From positions 124,001 to 188,000 of the forward strand of contig JAVKOQ020000079.1 of assembly GCA_031835245.2 (NCBI GenBank): a stretch of DNA of 64,000 nucleotides, in the 5' to 3' direction. The translations under genes and the position numbers were made by a program. Position 1 is the stretch's first letter; every line of letters begins with the position of its first letter. Source of the DNA: Balamuthia mandrillaris. Lineage: Eukaryota. The notes under the pieces were generated by a model. That model did no database searches. It saw only the letters and a list, made by a program, of their open reading frames with translations, and was not told the origin of the DNA. Positions 49,240 through 60,980 of this stretch are shown here, one piece after another.

Positions 49240-50910
49240 AGTTGACCTGTTTGCGTTTCTGATGTCTGGTGATACCAGTGTCAATGCGATGTTGGCGGAA
49301 GAGGAACTAAAGAAACAACAAGCAGCATCGCCTGGTAATTCGTCAGTGATAGTAACCACAAACTGGGTCAGCAACGATAACGCACTGCCCGTATGGTGCG
49401 CCGCTCCTGTGATTAAGCAGGTTCATTTAAACTTTACGCTTTCTTATTTGCAAATTCATTTTTTTCATTTTCAAGTGCTAACTGTCACGATGAAGGGTAT
49501 GATGTTGAAAATGGGTGGCTCGCTAGCTCGTAAGGTCTGGCAACCTCGATGGATTGTACTCACTGAGAAAAAGCTCGGCTATTTCAAAAACAAAGCTGTA
49601 CTCTCCTCCTCCTCCTCCTCCATTTTTCTTTTCTTTATATCTCGCTTGTTTACCATTGTTTTCAATAGGATCGTCAACCAGCTGGTTCAATGGAGCTAAA
49701 AGAGATTGAGTCAATAACGTTCATTGAATACCACCCAACCCTCAAAAAGGCAAATTGTCTGGAGGTCAGGGTGCCTACGCGTACCTATTTTCTGAGCGTA
49801 GACCCGAAGGAAGAAGCAGAAGCATGGCATCAAGCCATAGCTCGCCAAATTGCAGCCGCAACGTTAGTTTTTTCTCCTCCTTCTTCCTCTTCTTCAGCAA
49901 CAACAACGGCGACGAATCGTAGCGTCGGCGTTTCGTTTGGGGGAGTAGGTACTGATTTAAGACACCGGAGTGGAAGTGCTTTGCTGAGAGCACCACCACG
50001 AGCAGGCCTTTCTCCTACAACGTTTTCCTCTTCTTATGCTACTATTTCTACTACCGTTATTGCCAAGCCACACACTCCTGCTGCAAAACCCCCACCGCCA
50101 TCCCCTCCTTCCCCACCCTCTGCCTCTTTCTCTCCTCCTTCTCCGCCTTCGTCTGGTACTGCTTCAACCTTTGGTTTTCCACCTCCACTAGCAGAGCAGC
50201 AAAGCACGCAATCCTACTCTCAACTGCCAACTCCTCTTCCTCCTAAACCATTTGGCGCACAAAGTCAATCCATGTCCTCTCTAGATTCCCTTCTTACTCC
50301 ATCCTCTCCAACCTTGACCCGAGCGGCTTCCAATCGGCAACCTTCTGCGCAAACTCCTCCTGCTGCACGAAAGCCACAGTGGACAACCATGCGAACGTTA
50401 CCTCCTCCCAGCAGAAAAGAGCGACCACCCCTCCCTTCATTTTCCTCTGCTTCGCATTCCTTCACTTCTCCATCTCTTTCCTCTTCTTCTGCTTCCACAA
50501 CAACAAATCACCCTGCAAACCTCTATTCATCTGGCCCAACGGAACTACCCGCCAGAAAAGTGGCCACCGTCAGAGAACGTCCCGCAAAACCCTTACCTCC
50601 TTTGGCATCTACCTTTGCTACCAATTACTCTCAACCTCAACAACAATCTCGACCATTGCCTTGTATCCCTGACTCTTCCTCTACCCCTTCTTCCTCCTCC
50701 TCCTCTTCTTCTGCTCCTACCCCTCCTCAATCCACAAGAAGGGGAAGTGGGAATAATGGAATGAGAAGACTAGCTTTTGATCTCTCGCAAAAAGGTCCAC
50801 CTCCACCTCCTCCTAGCAGAACTGCTCCCCCATCCTCCCCAGCGCTGGCCGCCAACAATAATAACAGACCACTGCCTCCGCCACGACCTCCCCCTCTTGC
50901 ATTCCAATGA
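46646..50910 (+). CDS. DENN domain (Rab GEF) plus PH domain plus Pro-rich tail protein
   Basis: LFDYIVLV, KFCFPD, FSFVLTESDGEKRWGYCRR, LLVERRIIF, LYPFTWQHIFIPVLP, FLHSQMFEMF. PH: KGMMLKMGG..WQPRWIVL..RTYFL..EAEAW. Confidence 0.9.
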
Positions 50911-50965
50911 GAAAGGAAAACTTGTAATATTGTTTAAAATAGAGAGAATGTAGAAACTTGTTGTG

Positions 50966-52252
50966 TTACATGAACAAGTAATCTGCAGATGGTTTGTTCT
51001 TGTCTTGCTTGGAGAGCAAAGGAAGAACTGGATGGTAGTCCAACGAAGACGGTGATAACAAGTTCAAAGAGGACAGCACTGGTTCGAAAGACTGTAACGT
51101 CTCTTTCCATTTGCCTTCTTCCTCTGCTGTCACATAAAGACTTGCTTTGATACCTTCTAACTGACACTAAAAACATTAGAATAATAAAGGTTAGAAGAGA
51201 CAACCAAGAAAGAAATAAAGATGGTTAAAGAATGTTTGTACATGAGAAAGTACAGCAGCAGGAGCGCCTTCTACCGTGTTTGGTGTTTCCAAGTAATCAC
51301 ATACAGTTTTGTTCTCTGTTTCCTTACGCTCCCTCTGTGGGTCGTGTTAGCCAAATTTACCATGGCAAACTAGAAAGAAAAGATAAACCTGTTGGGCGGT
51401 CGTCTCTAGCAGCCTGAGGCCTCCAGTGAACGCACGAGACTTGTACTTGTGTCGAGGCATTGAAAACAAGATCACCACACTTGAGAAAGAGAAATGAGCA
51501 GAACAAAGAACAGGCGCAATGCAAAACAAAGAGTGCCAAAGACAAACCGTTCAGGCTGAATGTGACGAAACAGGGTTTTTGTCCATATGAATGCTCGTTC
51601 CTCTTTCACGTCATAGTTGCATTGAAGAAGAAGGACAGAAGAGTCATGTTGTGTGAGCCGGAAGAGAGCACATGCGGTGTGTGTCGCGCTATGAAGAGAG
51701 GAGAGGCCACTCCCTTTCTGAAGGTGTGGGAACGAGTCACCGTGAGAGACAGAAGGGAAGTAGGATCTCTTACAGAGAAGAGGAAGAGAGGGGAAGAGGA
51801 AGAAGTAAAAGCAAAGGAGGAATACGAGAACGAGGAAGGGCAAGCGAAAGGAGGAGGAGAGAAGGAGGGAGAACAGCGAAGAAGCTAAAAAGAGGGATGG
51901 GCACTCACCAACGAAACCTCGGGCAGCTGGAGCGTGCCAACGACGCTTCGCTGTGGAAAGGCACAGTGAAGGAAGCTTGAAGCAGCACCACGAAAGCCAA
52001 TCAGCAACAACTGTGCCTTCAGTGGCAACTCTTCGCCTGGAGCACTCTTTAAACAAAAAAAAAAACGTTACCAAAGAGATCAATCAACTTGACGTTGGGT
52101 GGGCTATTATTTACCTTGAACAAGGGTGGGTGGAGCGACGTATGTTCCTCGATGGATTTGTTCCTATCTACTTCGTCCTCGTCGTCCTCATCATCCCAGC
52201 AGTAAGACCAGGCGTCCTGCTCCAACAGCTGGCTGTGGTGGTCTGCGAGCAT
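50966..52252 (-). CDS. PSMG1: Proteasome assembly chaperone 1 (PAC1)
   Basis: Spliced reading LLLIGFRGAASSFL, SVLLLQCNYDVKEERAFIWTKTLF, LRLLETT, CDYLETPNTVEGAPAAVLSH|CQLEGIKASLYV matches the PAC1 signature LEQPN.V..LPAAVLSYCQ. Confidence 0.8.
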
Positions 52253-52471
52253 CTTCGTTGTTGTCCTCCTTCCGCTTGCTGGCGTACCAATGGTGCAGGG
52301 CGTGTGCACAATTCGTCAAAGTCGACAAAAATAAATTCACGAATTCCCGCCAAAACCAAACCCAAACAAAAACGGTTCCCCAAGAAGAAGGGGAAGGCAG
52401 GGGCGGGAGCACCCCCCACCAAAATAACCGCCAGACATAATAATGATAAAAAAAAAAATAGCTGTTGCGAA

Positions 52472-53569
52472 ATGTCAGCAATAGCAATGCCCAAGCCCAA
52501 GTATGGCATGTTGACGGCGCTTAGGCGGGACGGAAGGCCTGGCAAACAAATGCCCCTTCTTAGTTCCGTCATCACCTTTGGCTCGTACGTGGATTTCTCT
52601 TCTGCTCTTGAGAAGAACCCACCACTTCTGCCTCCATCTCACCTCGGCTTATCTTTCTTTCCATCATCTTTCGCTAAAAAGCTGGGAGAAGTGCGCCGTC
52701 GTTCTCAAAGGTCAAGAGTTCATTCCCCAACACGTAAAGCTGGACTTCACGGACCAGGTTCTCTCTCTCTCTCCCCTGCCTCCTCTCTGTCTTTGTTTCT
52801 CCAAACTCTCCTCGCCTAAGTTGATCGCTCATGCGTCGTTCTCGTTGCAATGCAGCCAACCATTCACAACCTGAGCAACGAGGCTAGCCCTTCGGTTAGC
52901 CTGAACGACGTGCCATTGGGTTACCAATACCCAAAGCCCTTGAAACACGGAGACATCATAAAGTTCTCCAACGGAGCCAAGTTTCGGTTCGACCCTGTTG
53001 TGCCTCTCGTTTTGGACATCACCAAAGAAGAGGACGAGGGAAGCATAGGAGCTTCCAAAGCTCAAACCAACAACCGCAGCACAAAGGCTGTTGCTGCAAC
53101 AAAGCGTGGAAACTCGCCAACCGAAGAGAGCAACAAAGAAAAGGAGAGAATAGAAAGCGACAACGTCGCAGCTTCCCCCAAACATTATTCATCTCCTATC
53201 CAACACAAGAAGAGGATAACCTCCTCTTCTTCCTCCAACACGAACGCGAAACAGCAAGAAGAGCATCTTTCTCCAACTTGCGATGTACAAACTAAAACTT
53301 CTTCCACAACTTCGTTGCAACAAAGTGCAGAGTCATGCAAAGTCTTCTGCCTCATCCACCCTCAACAGCGATTATCTTCTGTCTTACTCACCCCAAAAGA
53401 CTCAAAGCAACAACAACAGGTTTGCTTGTCTAGCTTTCTTCTTTTGCCACAAAATCTTATGGTTAAATCATCAGTTTAACCTTTGCCTTCTCTTTTGCAG
53501 GCTTTCCTGTTGAAGGAAACAGGCACCACAAAGGAGGCGTTTGCTCTTTGCGTTCCTTTGTTTGTGTGA
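52472..53569 (+). CDS. Ki-67-like FHA-domain protein with degenerate phosphothreonine-binding residues
   Basis: YGMLTALRRDG...ITFG|SWEKCAVVL..PQHVKL..IHNLS..LKHGDIIKF..FRFD, followed by a low-complexity region. Confidence 0.7.
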
Positions 53570-53612
53570 GTGACTCTACTTGGTCATTTTGCAAAAAAAG
53601 ATGTTTGCCAGA

Positions 53613-54931
53613 TCAACTTTTTTTATTTCGTTTTCTTTTTGTGCCAACAGTTGCTGTTGTGGTCTCACGCTTGTCACTTCTCTCCTCTTCCTCAGCGTTA
53701 TCACGGTCTGCTTTCATCTGCTGCTTTTCAGAAACATGATGACAACACCTATCACCGCTGTGTCCTGGTAAGGGATAGCTCATCTCATCGAAACTCCAAA
53801 TGTTAATAGTGCGGTCCACCGATCCCGATATGATTTTGCTGTCATCATATTGCAGAGCCCATACGCCAGAAGTATGTTGCCGCAGGACGTTGCATGTCCA
53901 CTTGCTCCCGTTGCGTACACCATCCTCATCGCCTACTTCCTCCCATACTGCAAAGAGGTATTGAGTACGCAAAGAAATAACAAGATAGAAATAACAGAGA
54001 GGAGAGAGGAGAGGAGAATGCAGACCTCGTATGGTTTTGTCTGTGGAGCCACCGCCAGAAACGATTTTTCTGGGCCAGGTGGTGCTGTTCACTCTGAGGC
54101 AGAGAACTTCTCCTTCATGGCCGTCTATGTTGGCCACTTCTGCTCTTGAAGTACTTCCTTGCCGTAGATCCCATACCTATTTTTGTAAGATTGAACAGTT
54201 GGTTGGTTTGGGAAGAACTGAACATCAAACACAGCAACAAGAAAAGAAAAATACTTTGATGGTTTGGTCAGCTGAACCACTAAAGAGAGTATAGGGCATG
54301 CCAGTATGACGACGAACAGAAGAATTGCTCTCCGGAAACACCGCCAAAGAGTTTACTGCTCCTTTATGGCCTGTCAACGTCAGCACACATTCGGTGGTGC
54401 GCAGATCCCATAACTTGATCGTTCGGTCTGTATTGTATTGTCGAGATAATGTTAACAGTAGAAGAGAAACGTTGAGCGAGAGCTAGTGCTTTACCCTCAT
54501 AACCACTTCCACTAACTAAAAGACGTTGGTCATCTTCAATGCTGAGACACCTGCATTGTACGTCATGAGAAATGCTAATTTTCACCAAAATGTGGCGGTT
54601 GGTATGAGAATGAGTAAGAAGTACCAGATATCACTACAATGTCCTAAGAGTGTATGTACACAAAATTGTTTCTGTAGATCCCATATCTTTATGGTGTGGT
54701 CCTCTGAGCCGCTCGCCAGCATGCGGTCCTGGAACTATTAGACGACGAAGTAGAAACGAAGATCAGTATCTGGAACTGGATTAAGACACAGTGATGGTGA
54801 ATGATGCCTGCAAGCTCCAGACTCCCTTAACGTGGCCCGTAAATGTATGTATACAGCGGCCATTTTGAAGGTCCCATACTTTGACAGTTGCATCCTCAGA
54901 GCCACTACTTTCGGAGTCAGACTTTCGCCTA

Positions 54932-54974
<43 letters not shown>

Positions 54975-56352
54975 ACAAGTGCAATATTACCTTAACAAGC
55001 GGTCTTTATGAAACTGGAGGCACCAAACGCCAGAGTTATGACCTCGCATCGTCATACGACATTCTCTGGTGTGCAAGTTCCATACTTTAATAGTTTCATC
55101 TTCTGACCCAGACACTGAAGAAAAGAAAATTGAGTCAGTATCGCAGTGAGAAGAGAAAGAGGGAGAAGAGGAGCACAATGCTTCACCTATCTTCTCTTCA
55201 TCGAATTGAAGACAATAAAGTTGGCTGTCGTGCCCACGCAGGGTGTAGACTTGATATTTGGACTCCCGCCAGTTTTTGTCCAGTCGAAGCTTGTTTAAAT
55301 ATATGCCTTTCCAATCCTTTCTTCTTCTTTTCTGTGGTGCTGTTTTCTGAAAGATTGTAGATGATGATGATGATGACGGCGCAACATCATCCCTCTGCTG
55401 TTTAACGGTCTCCTCTGTGTTGCATTGATGGTCGCGTGCTGCTCCAGGAGATAAGACGTTGCCGCTTTCGTTGACGTTTGGTTGCTTTACCTTTCCCTTC
55501 ATATCCACCAATTCTATATCTTGGCCTACAACTATCATTTCGTGGCGTTGTGTATCTTCGTGGCTGGATTGGCGACCCCCATTGTTGTCGTTGCAACGCA
55601 GCAGGTAGGAGGGGGGTTTTTGCGACTCCTGGCAGGCTGAGCACCATGTCATTATCGGAGTGACATCACGCTCCAAGTTAGGTTGCATACGCCACCGCCT
55701 GCGTCCAAACGTCACCATTAGTCCCATGAGAGAAGAGAAAAGAGGGCAGAGGAAAAAAAAAGAAGAGAAAGGGGACAAAAAGAGACTCAAACCGTTGACA
55801 AAGCAAGCGCCAGATAAGATTATCCTGAGATAGGCGAGAAAACTGTCGGTTAAGCAGCGCAACATTGCTGAGCTCCCTCTCATCCAGATAGCTTAGAATG
55901 TAGAGCACGCACTCATCCGGCAAAAGGGCGAAATAGCCAGCTCCCTCCTTGTCGGAGAGGTTGTGCTTTTCCTTTTGTATTGTTTTTTTTTTTTGTTTTT
56001 GGGTGGCGGTGGTGGCGGGTAGGGTTTGTTTATTTGGAAAAAAAAAAGCAACAAGTGAGAAAATAATACTAATAATAGGGTGAGGAGAGGAGAGGTCACC
56101 AAATACCAAAACATCGTAGAGCGCTAACGTTTGTCGGATCTGTGCGTTGAGGTCCCTGGAGTGGGGGAGGAGCTGTTGAGCTAGGAGCTCTTCAAAGGGC
56201 CAACGGGTGGCCCCGTTCTGCAGGTTGTGGTGCACGAGCTGGACGCGATCCTCCATTTCCCCGGCTAGACATAGAAGCTCCTGCAACTGCTTGATGGTCT
56301 CACCCGTTTGTTGGCTGCGGGAGCTGTCTTGCTCCGCCTCTTCTCCTTCCAT
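53613..56352 (-). CDS. F-box/WD40 repeat protein (Cdc4/FBXW7/beta-TrCP-like)
   Basis: F-box LLPDECVLYILSYLDERELSNVALLNRQF; WKGIYL..LDKNWR; repeated GH...SGSxDxTIKVW WD40 units across many introns. Confidence 0.9.
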
Positions 56353-56615
56353 CTCTTCTCCTCTCACTTCTTCGCTCGCCAGTTGTCGTTTACAAATGGG
56401 GGAGGGGAGGGCAATTTGTTGGTGAATTGCTGCAGGAGAGGAGGAGGACCCCCGTTTGTCGACAAATAAGGACCAGGAAATTATTTGTCTCGTCGATTTT
56501 ATTGGGAATTATTATTGAAGGCTCTCCTGCAGATTTGGTGCACCAATTGACCCCACCACGTTCATTCATTTCTTCCCTAGTTTAGGCCGCCAGAAGAAAG
56601 AACAACAAGCAAAGG

Positions 56616-56921
56616 ATGGGAGACGTAAGTATTACCGCCTCACTCACTTTCTTTTTGTTTCTTTTCTTTTCTCCACCTAACCAAACGAAGAGTCTCGTAA
56701 GGGCTTTGTATGACTATGAAGCGATGGATCCTGATGAGTTGACGCTTCGTGAGAACGACATCATATGTGTGCTGTCCAAAGACCCATCAGGTTGGTGGAA
56801 GGGGCAGTGCAACGGCCGAATTGGCATGTTTCCTTCTAACTATACCGAACCTTGTGACTCGGCAACAGGCGCGATGGCAAACCCACACCTGACAAACCCT
56901 TCACGGGGAGGTACTGTCTGA
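56616..56921 (+). CDS. Small stand-alone SH3 domain protein
   Basis: ALYDYEA..DELTL..GWWKG..GMFPSNY. A 3-codon first exon precedes a GTAAGT intron at about 56625-56690. Confidence 0.9.
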   Translation: MGDVSITASLTFFLFLFFSPPNQTKSLVRALYDYEAMDPDELTLRENDIICVLSKDPSGWWKGQCNGRIGMFPSNYTEPCDSATGAMANPHLTNPSRGGTV

Positions 56922-56974
56922 ACAAACGAAACAAAAAAGTTGTTTTTGGCAACGGCAGTAAATGGTGTATAACT

Positions 56975-58819
56975 TTATGCAAAGAACAACAACAAGGCAG
57001 AAGAAACAGTCGATACACCACTGGAATCGTCCGTTGAAGTAGATGCTTGGAATGGTACGTATTGCAGCAGGTCAAAGTAGTAGAGCTCGGCACCGTATTC
57101 AGAAGTGGAAGTGACCAGGACTATACGCTCTCCAATCAAGTTCAAAAAACCACCAACCAACGAGCCACTCCTCCTGTAAAAGATGCCAACATGGGTACCG
57201 TTACTGACCATGAAGTTGGTGTAGGAGTTGCCTCTCCCGGTGTTAACCGTTTGGTAGCAGTAGAGCAAGCCATCTGCTTCAAACAGGGTGCCTTTGATGG
57301 ATGTGGCCCCCTCCAACTTGTCCAGTTGGAATGACTCCTCCTCCTCGTCTACTGCTGTCATCCTCCAAACCGCACCTTCACTGGAGATGAAGATAGAGTC
57401 TTGGAACACGAACAAGGGTGTGCCCAACACTAAAGTGTCTCCATCCTGTAGTTGCACAGTTCCATCCTGTGTGCCATCGCTGACATAGAGCTGTGGTTCC
57501 CCCAAATCCTCCTTAAAGAGAACATGAGCAGAGGCCACCAGCACTGTTCGCGTATCTATTGGAGGCTGCCCTGTAATCAAAAACGTTCCTTCTTGATCAC
57601 CCGAAACGCCGTCTGTAATGCCCAGCTGACGATTATAAGTGAAGACGTAGCGGGAGGAGTCCAGTCGTTGAAAGTTGAGGAAGCATCGCAGATTGTAATC
57701 ATTCCGGATGCAGTTTTGAGATAAGTCAGTAAGTTGAACTACGGTGACATTACGTGAAGGTCCTTCGAAGGATGCACCACTCGGAGTGATGGTTGCACCG
57801 TAGAGCTGCTCCCTGCCAAGAGGCTCCTCATCACCGCTCTTGGCAGTAAAGAAGAATCGTTCTTCTGCATCTGATATCTCCTCCACCATCAAAAGATCAA
57901 AGCTGGAGAAAGGGGTATGAATGGGGAATACAAACGACCCATCGTAGCCATATATGCCTCCGTTGCCTTCCACCCGAGTGCTAAGAAGCAGCAACTCTGT
58001 GGTTTGACCCAGGATAGAACCACTGGTAAGCCCGAAGAACTCCTCATCTGGAACGGAGTCCAGTTCTGGGATTCCATAGAATGCACTCTTGTTCTTCACC
58101 ATCTCATACATCTCTTCAACAGAGTAGAGAGAGAGAGAGAGAGAGAAGGGATGGAGGAGAGGAAGAGGAAGGAAACATGAATAAGCAAATCACCAAAAAA
58201 AAAGAGAGAGAAAAGATATCACAGAGAGAAGAACGTGAGGAAGAAACAACAAACCGAAGCCAGAGCTGAAGCGTGTCAAGCCCCATGGTGGGGAGGCAAT
58301 CCCATTGTAGGGCATAAAAGCGTAGAGTTGGTCCTTGAATACAGTAACGAGGCTTCGCAGCTCCTCTGAACTTCCGAACACGGTTTGGTTCCATCTTGAC
58401 AATACATGCTGATCACTTTCTTTACTGGCGCTCCAAAGAACGTTTTGTTGAAGATCATAGTCAAAAAGGAAGAGGTAGAGGACATCACCAAGTCGCACAG
58501 GAGAGAAACCAGAAGAGTCAGTCCAAAAAGGGTCTGTAGCGAAGGGGTCTCCTCGATTACTGGTCGTAAATTCTCCAACTTGTTGCACAACATTATCAGA
58601 GCTTGCCTCTATGGCGAAGAGTTGGCGAAAGGGTTGGTCTGGCACCGTTGCCATGAAGTAGCCTCGTGTAGAGCCAAACCTGAAGATGAGCGAAGGGTCT
58701 GAGGCTTCCACGCCTGGGTAGAGGTCTTCCAGCAACTGTGGTTCGAGGAAGTTTTCAGTTTGGGCAACCGCTGCATTGCCACAAAGCAGAGCAAAGGCAA
58801 GCACAATGAAGGGGCACAT
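56975..58819 (-). CDS. Secreted or surface protein with degenerate bacterial-type ELWxxDGT beta-propeller-like repeats
   Basis: Signal peptide MCPFIVLAFALLCGNAAVA; LLEDLYPGVEASDP, LGITDG..EGTFL, QLYVSDGTQDGTVQL, YGAELY; Ser/Thr linker and hydrophobic C-terminus. One intron at about 58117-58254. Confidence 0.7.
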
Positions 58820-58903
58820 AGTTAGAACCAGAAGTCTTCTCCGCCTTGCAGTATAAACTTTGTTTCACGAAAAAAAGTTTATACAAACCAAAAAATAACA
58901 TTA

Positions 58904-58989
58904 CCACCTTAGACCGCAATAAACAACACACACACTACCTTAAGGGGTACCATCGGCCCACCTTAGACCGCAATAAACAACACACACAC
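58904..58989. repeat. Perfect 32-bp direct repeat with a 22-bp spacer
   Basis: ccaccttagaccgcaataaacaacacacacac at 58904-58935 and 58958-58989. Confidence 0.9.
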
Positions 58990-59312
58990 ATTGATCATTC
59001 TTCTGAATACCCCTCCAAGGGGAAGATGGTGATTTTACTAAAAAAAAAAAAAAAAAAAAAAACACCCATGACGACATGATTTTAATTTATACTGCTTATC
59101 GCATCTTATTACAATCATTAACGGACTGAAAAGAAATGGCCAGAGTAAAACAGCAGCAATGAAAGCCACATTTAGCAGGGATGTTGGTGTCGCCAAGAAC
59201 CGCTGCTGCTTCATATCGTTTTAATTTTTCGTTGTCCTTATTTGTTTCTCTCTGGTTTTTTTTTTTTTTTGGCTGCGACAAAGAGCGAAACAACCACAAG
59301 AACGAGGCAAGC

Positions 59313-60164
59313 ATGCAGGGACCCCCCACTACCGGAGAGCTGCAAGGAAGCAACGACGTTGCTAAGCTGGAAGATTTGTGCTCCAGACCCTACAAGGACC
59401 AGGCCATCTGGTTCTTGAACGGTTTCTGGGTGGACTTTGCCAAGGACGAGGCCGACAAGATCTGGGGTTACGTCAACCTTTTAGCTGAGTTGGATGAGAA
59501 GAAGAAGGCGCACGGCAACGCTGTGGATGAGTTCCAAGCCCACCGCTTCTTGGAGAAAATCGGAGAGACCCTCACGGTCCAGTCCATGAGGGACAAGCTC
59601 CGCTCCACCGGTGCGTTCGGAGAGCAGAAGTTCAGAACAGTCCCTCTGGCCCACTTCCTCCTCTTCAAGTACAACATCAACTACCGCGACCTCGTCAACG
59701 CTCCTCAGGGCAGCCTCAGCCCCACGGAGCTCGCCAAGGCCCAAAAGATGGTGGAAGACGCCCAAGCCGCTTGCGAAGCCGCTCAGGCTCGCGAGGCTGA
59801 GCTCAGAGCCGCCGAAAGGGAGCTCAAGGCCCAGGAGGACGCCTATAACCGCAAGACTGAGGAACTGACGCGAGCCAGCGAGACTGGAGGAGCCGTTTCC
59901 AAGAACAAGGCCAAGGCTGAGCTCGCTCAACACCTTGCCGAGGATCCTTTGCCGCTTCGTCGTGCCAAGATCACCGCCGAAGCTGCCGTGAGGAAGGCTG
60001 AGGCCGCCGTCGCGGAGGCCCAAAAAAGTTTGGCGGAGGCGGAGGAGTACCTCCAAAAGGCCAAGAGCATGGGCGCACCTGAGGGACAGATCTGGTGGAT
60101 GGAAAAGGAGTTGCAGGAAGCCAGGAAGTATTTGCCCAAGTCCAAGGGCGGCGTCGCCAAGTAA
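59313..60164 (+). CDS. Calcium-regulated 34-kDa actin-bundling protein (ABP34/abpB-like), intronless
   Basis: YKDQAIWFLNGFW, DEFQAHRFLEK.GETLTV, FLLFKY, NKAKAELAQHLAEDPLPLRRAKIT, GQIWWMEKELQEARKYLPK. Strong codon bias. Confidence 0.85.
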   Translation: MQGPPTTGELQGSNDVAKLEDLCSRPYKDQAIWFLNGFWVDFAKDEADKIWGYVNLLAELDEKKKAHGNAVDEFQAHRFLEKIGETLTVQSMRDKLRSTGAFGEQKFRTVPLAHFLLFKYNINYRDLVNAPQGSLSPTELAKAQKMVEDAQAACEAAQAREAELRAAERELKAQEDAYNRKTEELTRASETGGAVSKNKAKAELAQHLAEDPLPLRRAKITAEAAVRKAEAAVAEAQKSLAEAEEYLQKAKSMGAPEGQIWWMEKELQEARKYLPKSKGGVAK

Positions 60165-60602
60165 AAAGGCTCACCCGGTTCTTCTCACATGGTAATCTTC
60201 ATATAAACCTTTTGAATGTGTTACTACTACCGGTTCGTGTTGTGTATTGTTGTCTTCTATCTTTCCTGGTCCTTTTTTTTTTCCCCCCCACAGGAAATGG
60301 GGAGGGACGAAAACAGGACAGGGCATGCAAAAAAACAAAGCGCCTTGTACGGTCCACCACGACCAGTCTAGCTAGCCTCTCCTCCATCGGCTGCCTTGCG
60401 GTATGAGGACAAAAAATACCAGCAGGCGAAGAGAAAAGAGGCGGAGAGGGCATGGAACCCAAGCTGCACACATATCCCACAATCACACCACCACTTGTGC
60501 TCAAGAAAAAAAAAATAGAACAAAAAAACAAAAACAAAAACAAGGAACCCCTTCCCCTGCGAATAGCAAACACCTCCCTTCTCTCTGAGTGGAAACAACA
60601 AT

Positions 60603-60945
60603 ATGGAACACGAGAGCGCACAAGATGTGAAGGAAGCCACTAAAGACTTCATCTTCCAGCAAACCATGTTCAGGGTGAAGGACCCTGTGAAGTCGGTAGA
60701 TTTCTACAGCAAAGTGCTTGGCATGACCCTGTTGAAGCGCTTCGACTTTGAGTCCATGAAGTTCTCGTTGTACTTCATGGGCTACGTGGATGAGTCCCAG
60801 ATCCCCACCGATGAGAAAGAGAGGACCAGGTGGCTCTTCCAACAGCCAGCTACCCTCGAACTCACCCACAACTGGGGCACTGAGAGTGACCCAACTTTTG
60901 AGGGCTACCACAATGGCAACTCCAACCCCAGAGGTTTCGGTACGA

Positions 60946-60980
<35 letters not shown>

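Noticed and set aside
2479..56352. Functional ubiquitin-proteasome or Ca2+ gene cluster (three F-box genes, SENP8, PSMG1; IP3R, copine, ABP34)
   Set aside because: The genes are dispersed among unrelated ones and belong to large families, so chance co-occurrence is plausible.
58904..58989. Repeat-spacer-repeat as a mini CRISPR array
   Set aside because: Only two copies, the repeat ends in a (CA)n run, there are no cas genes, and the context is eukaryotic.
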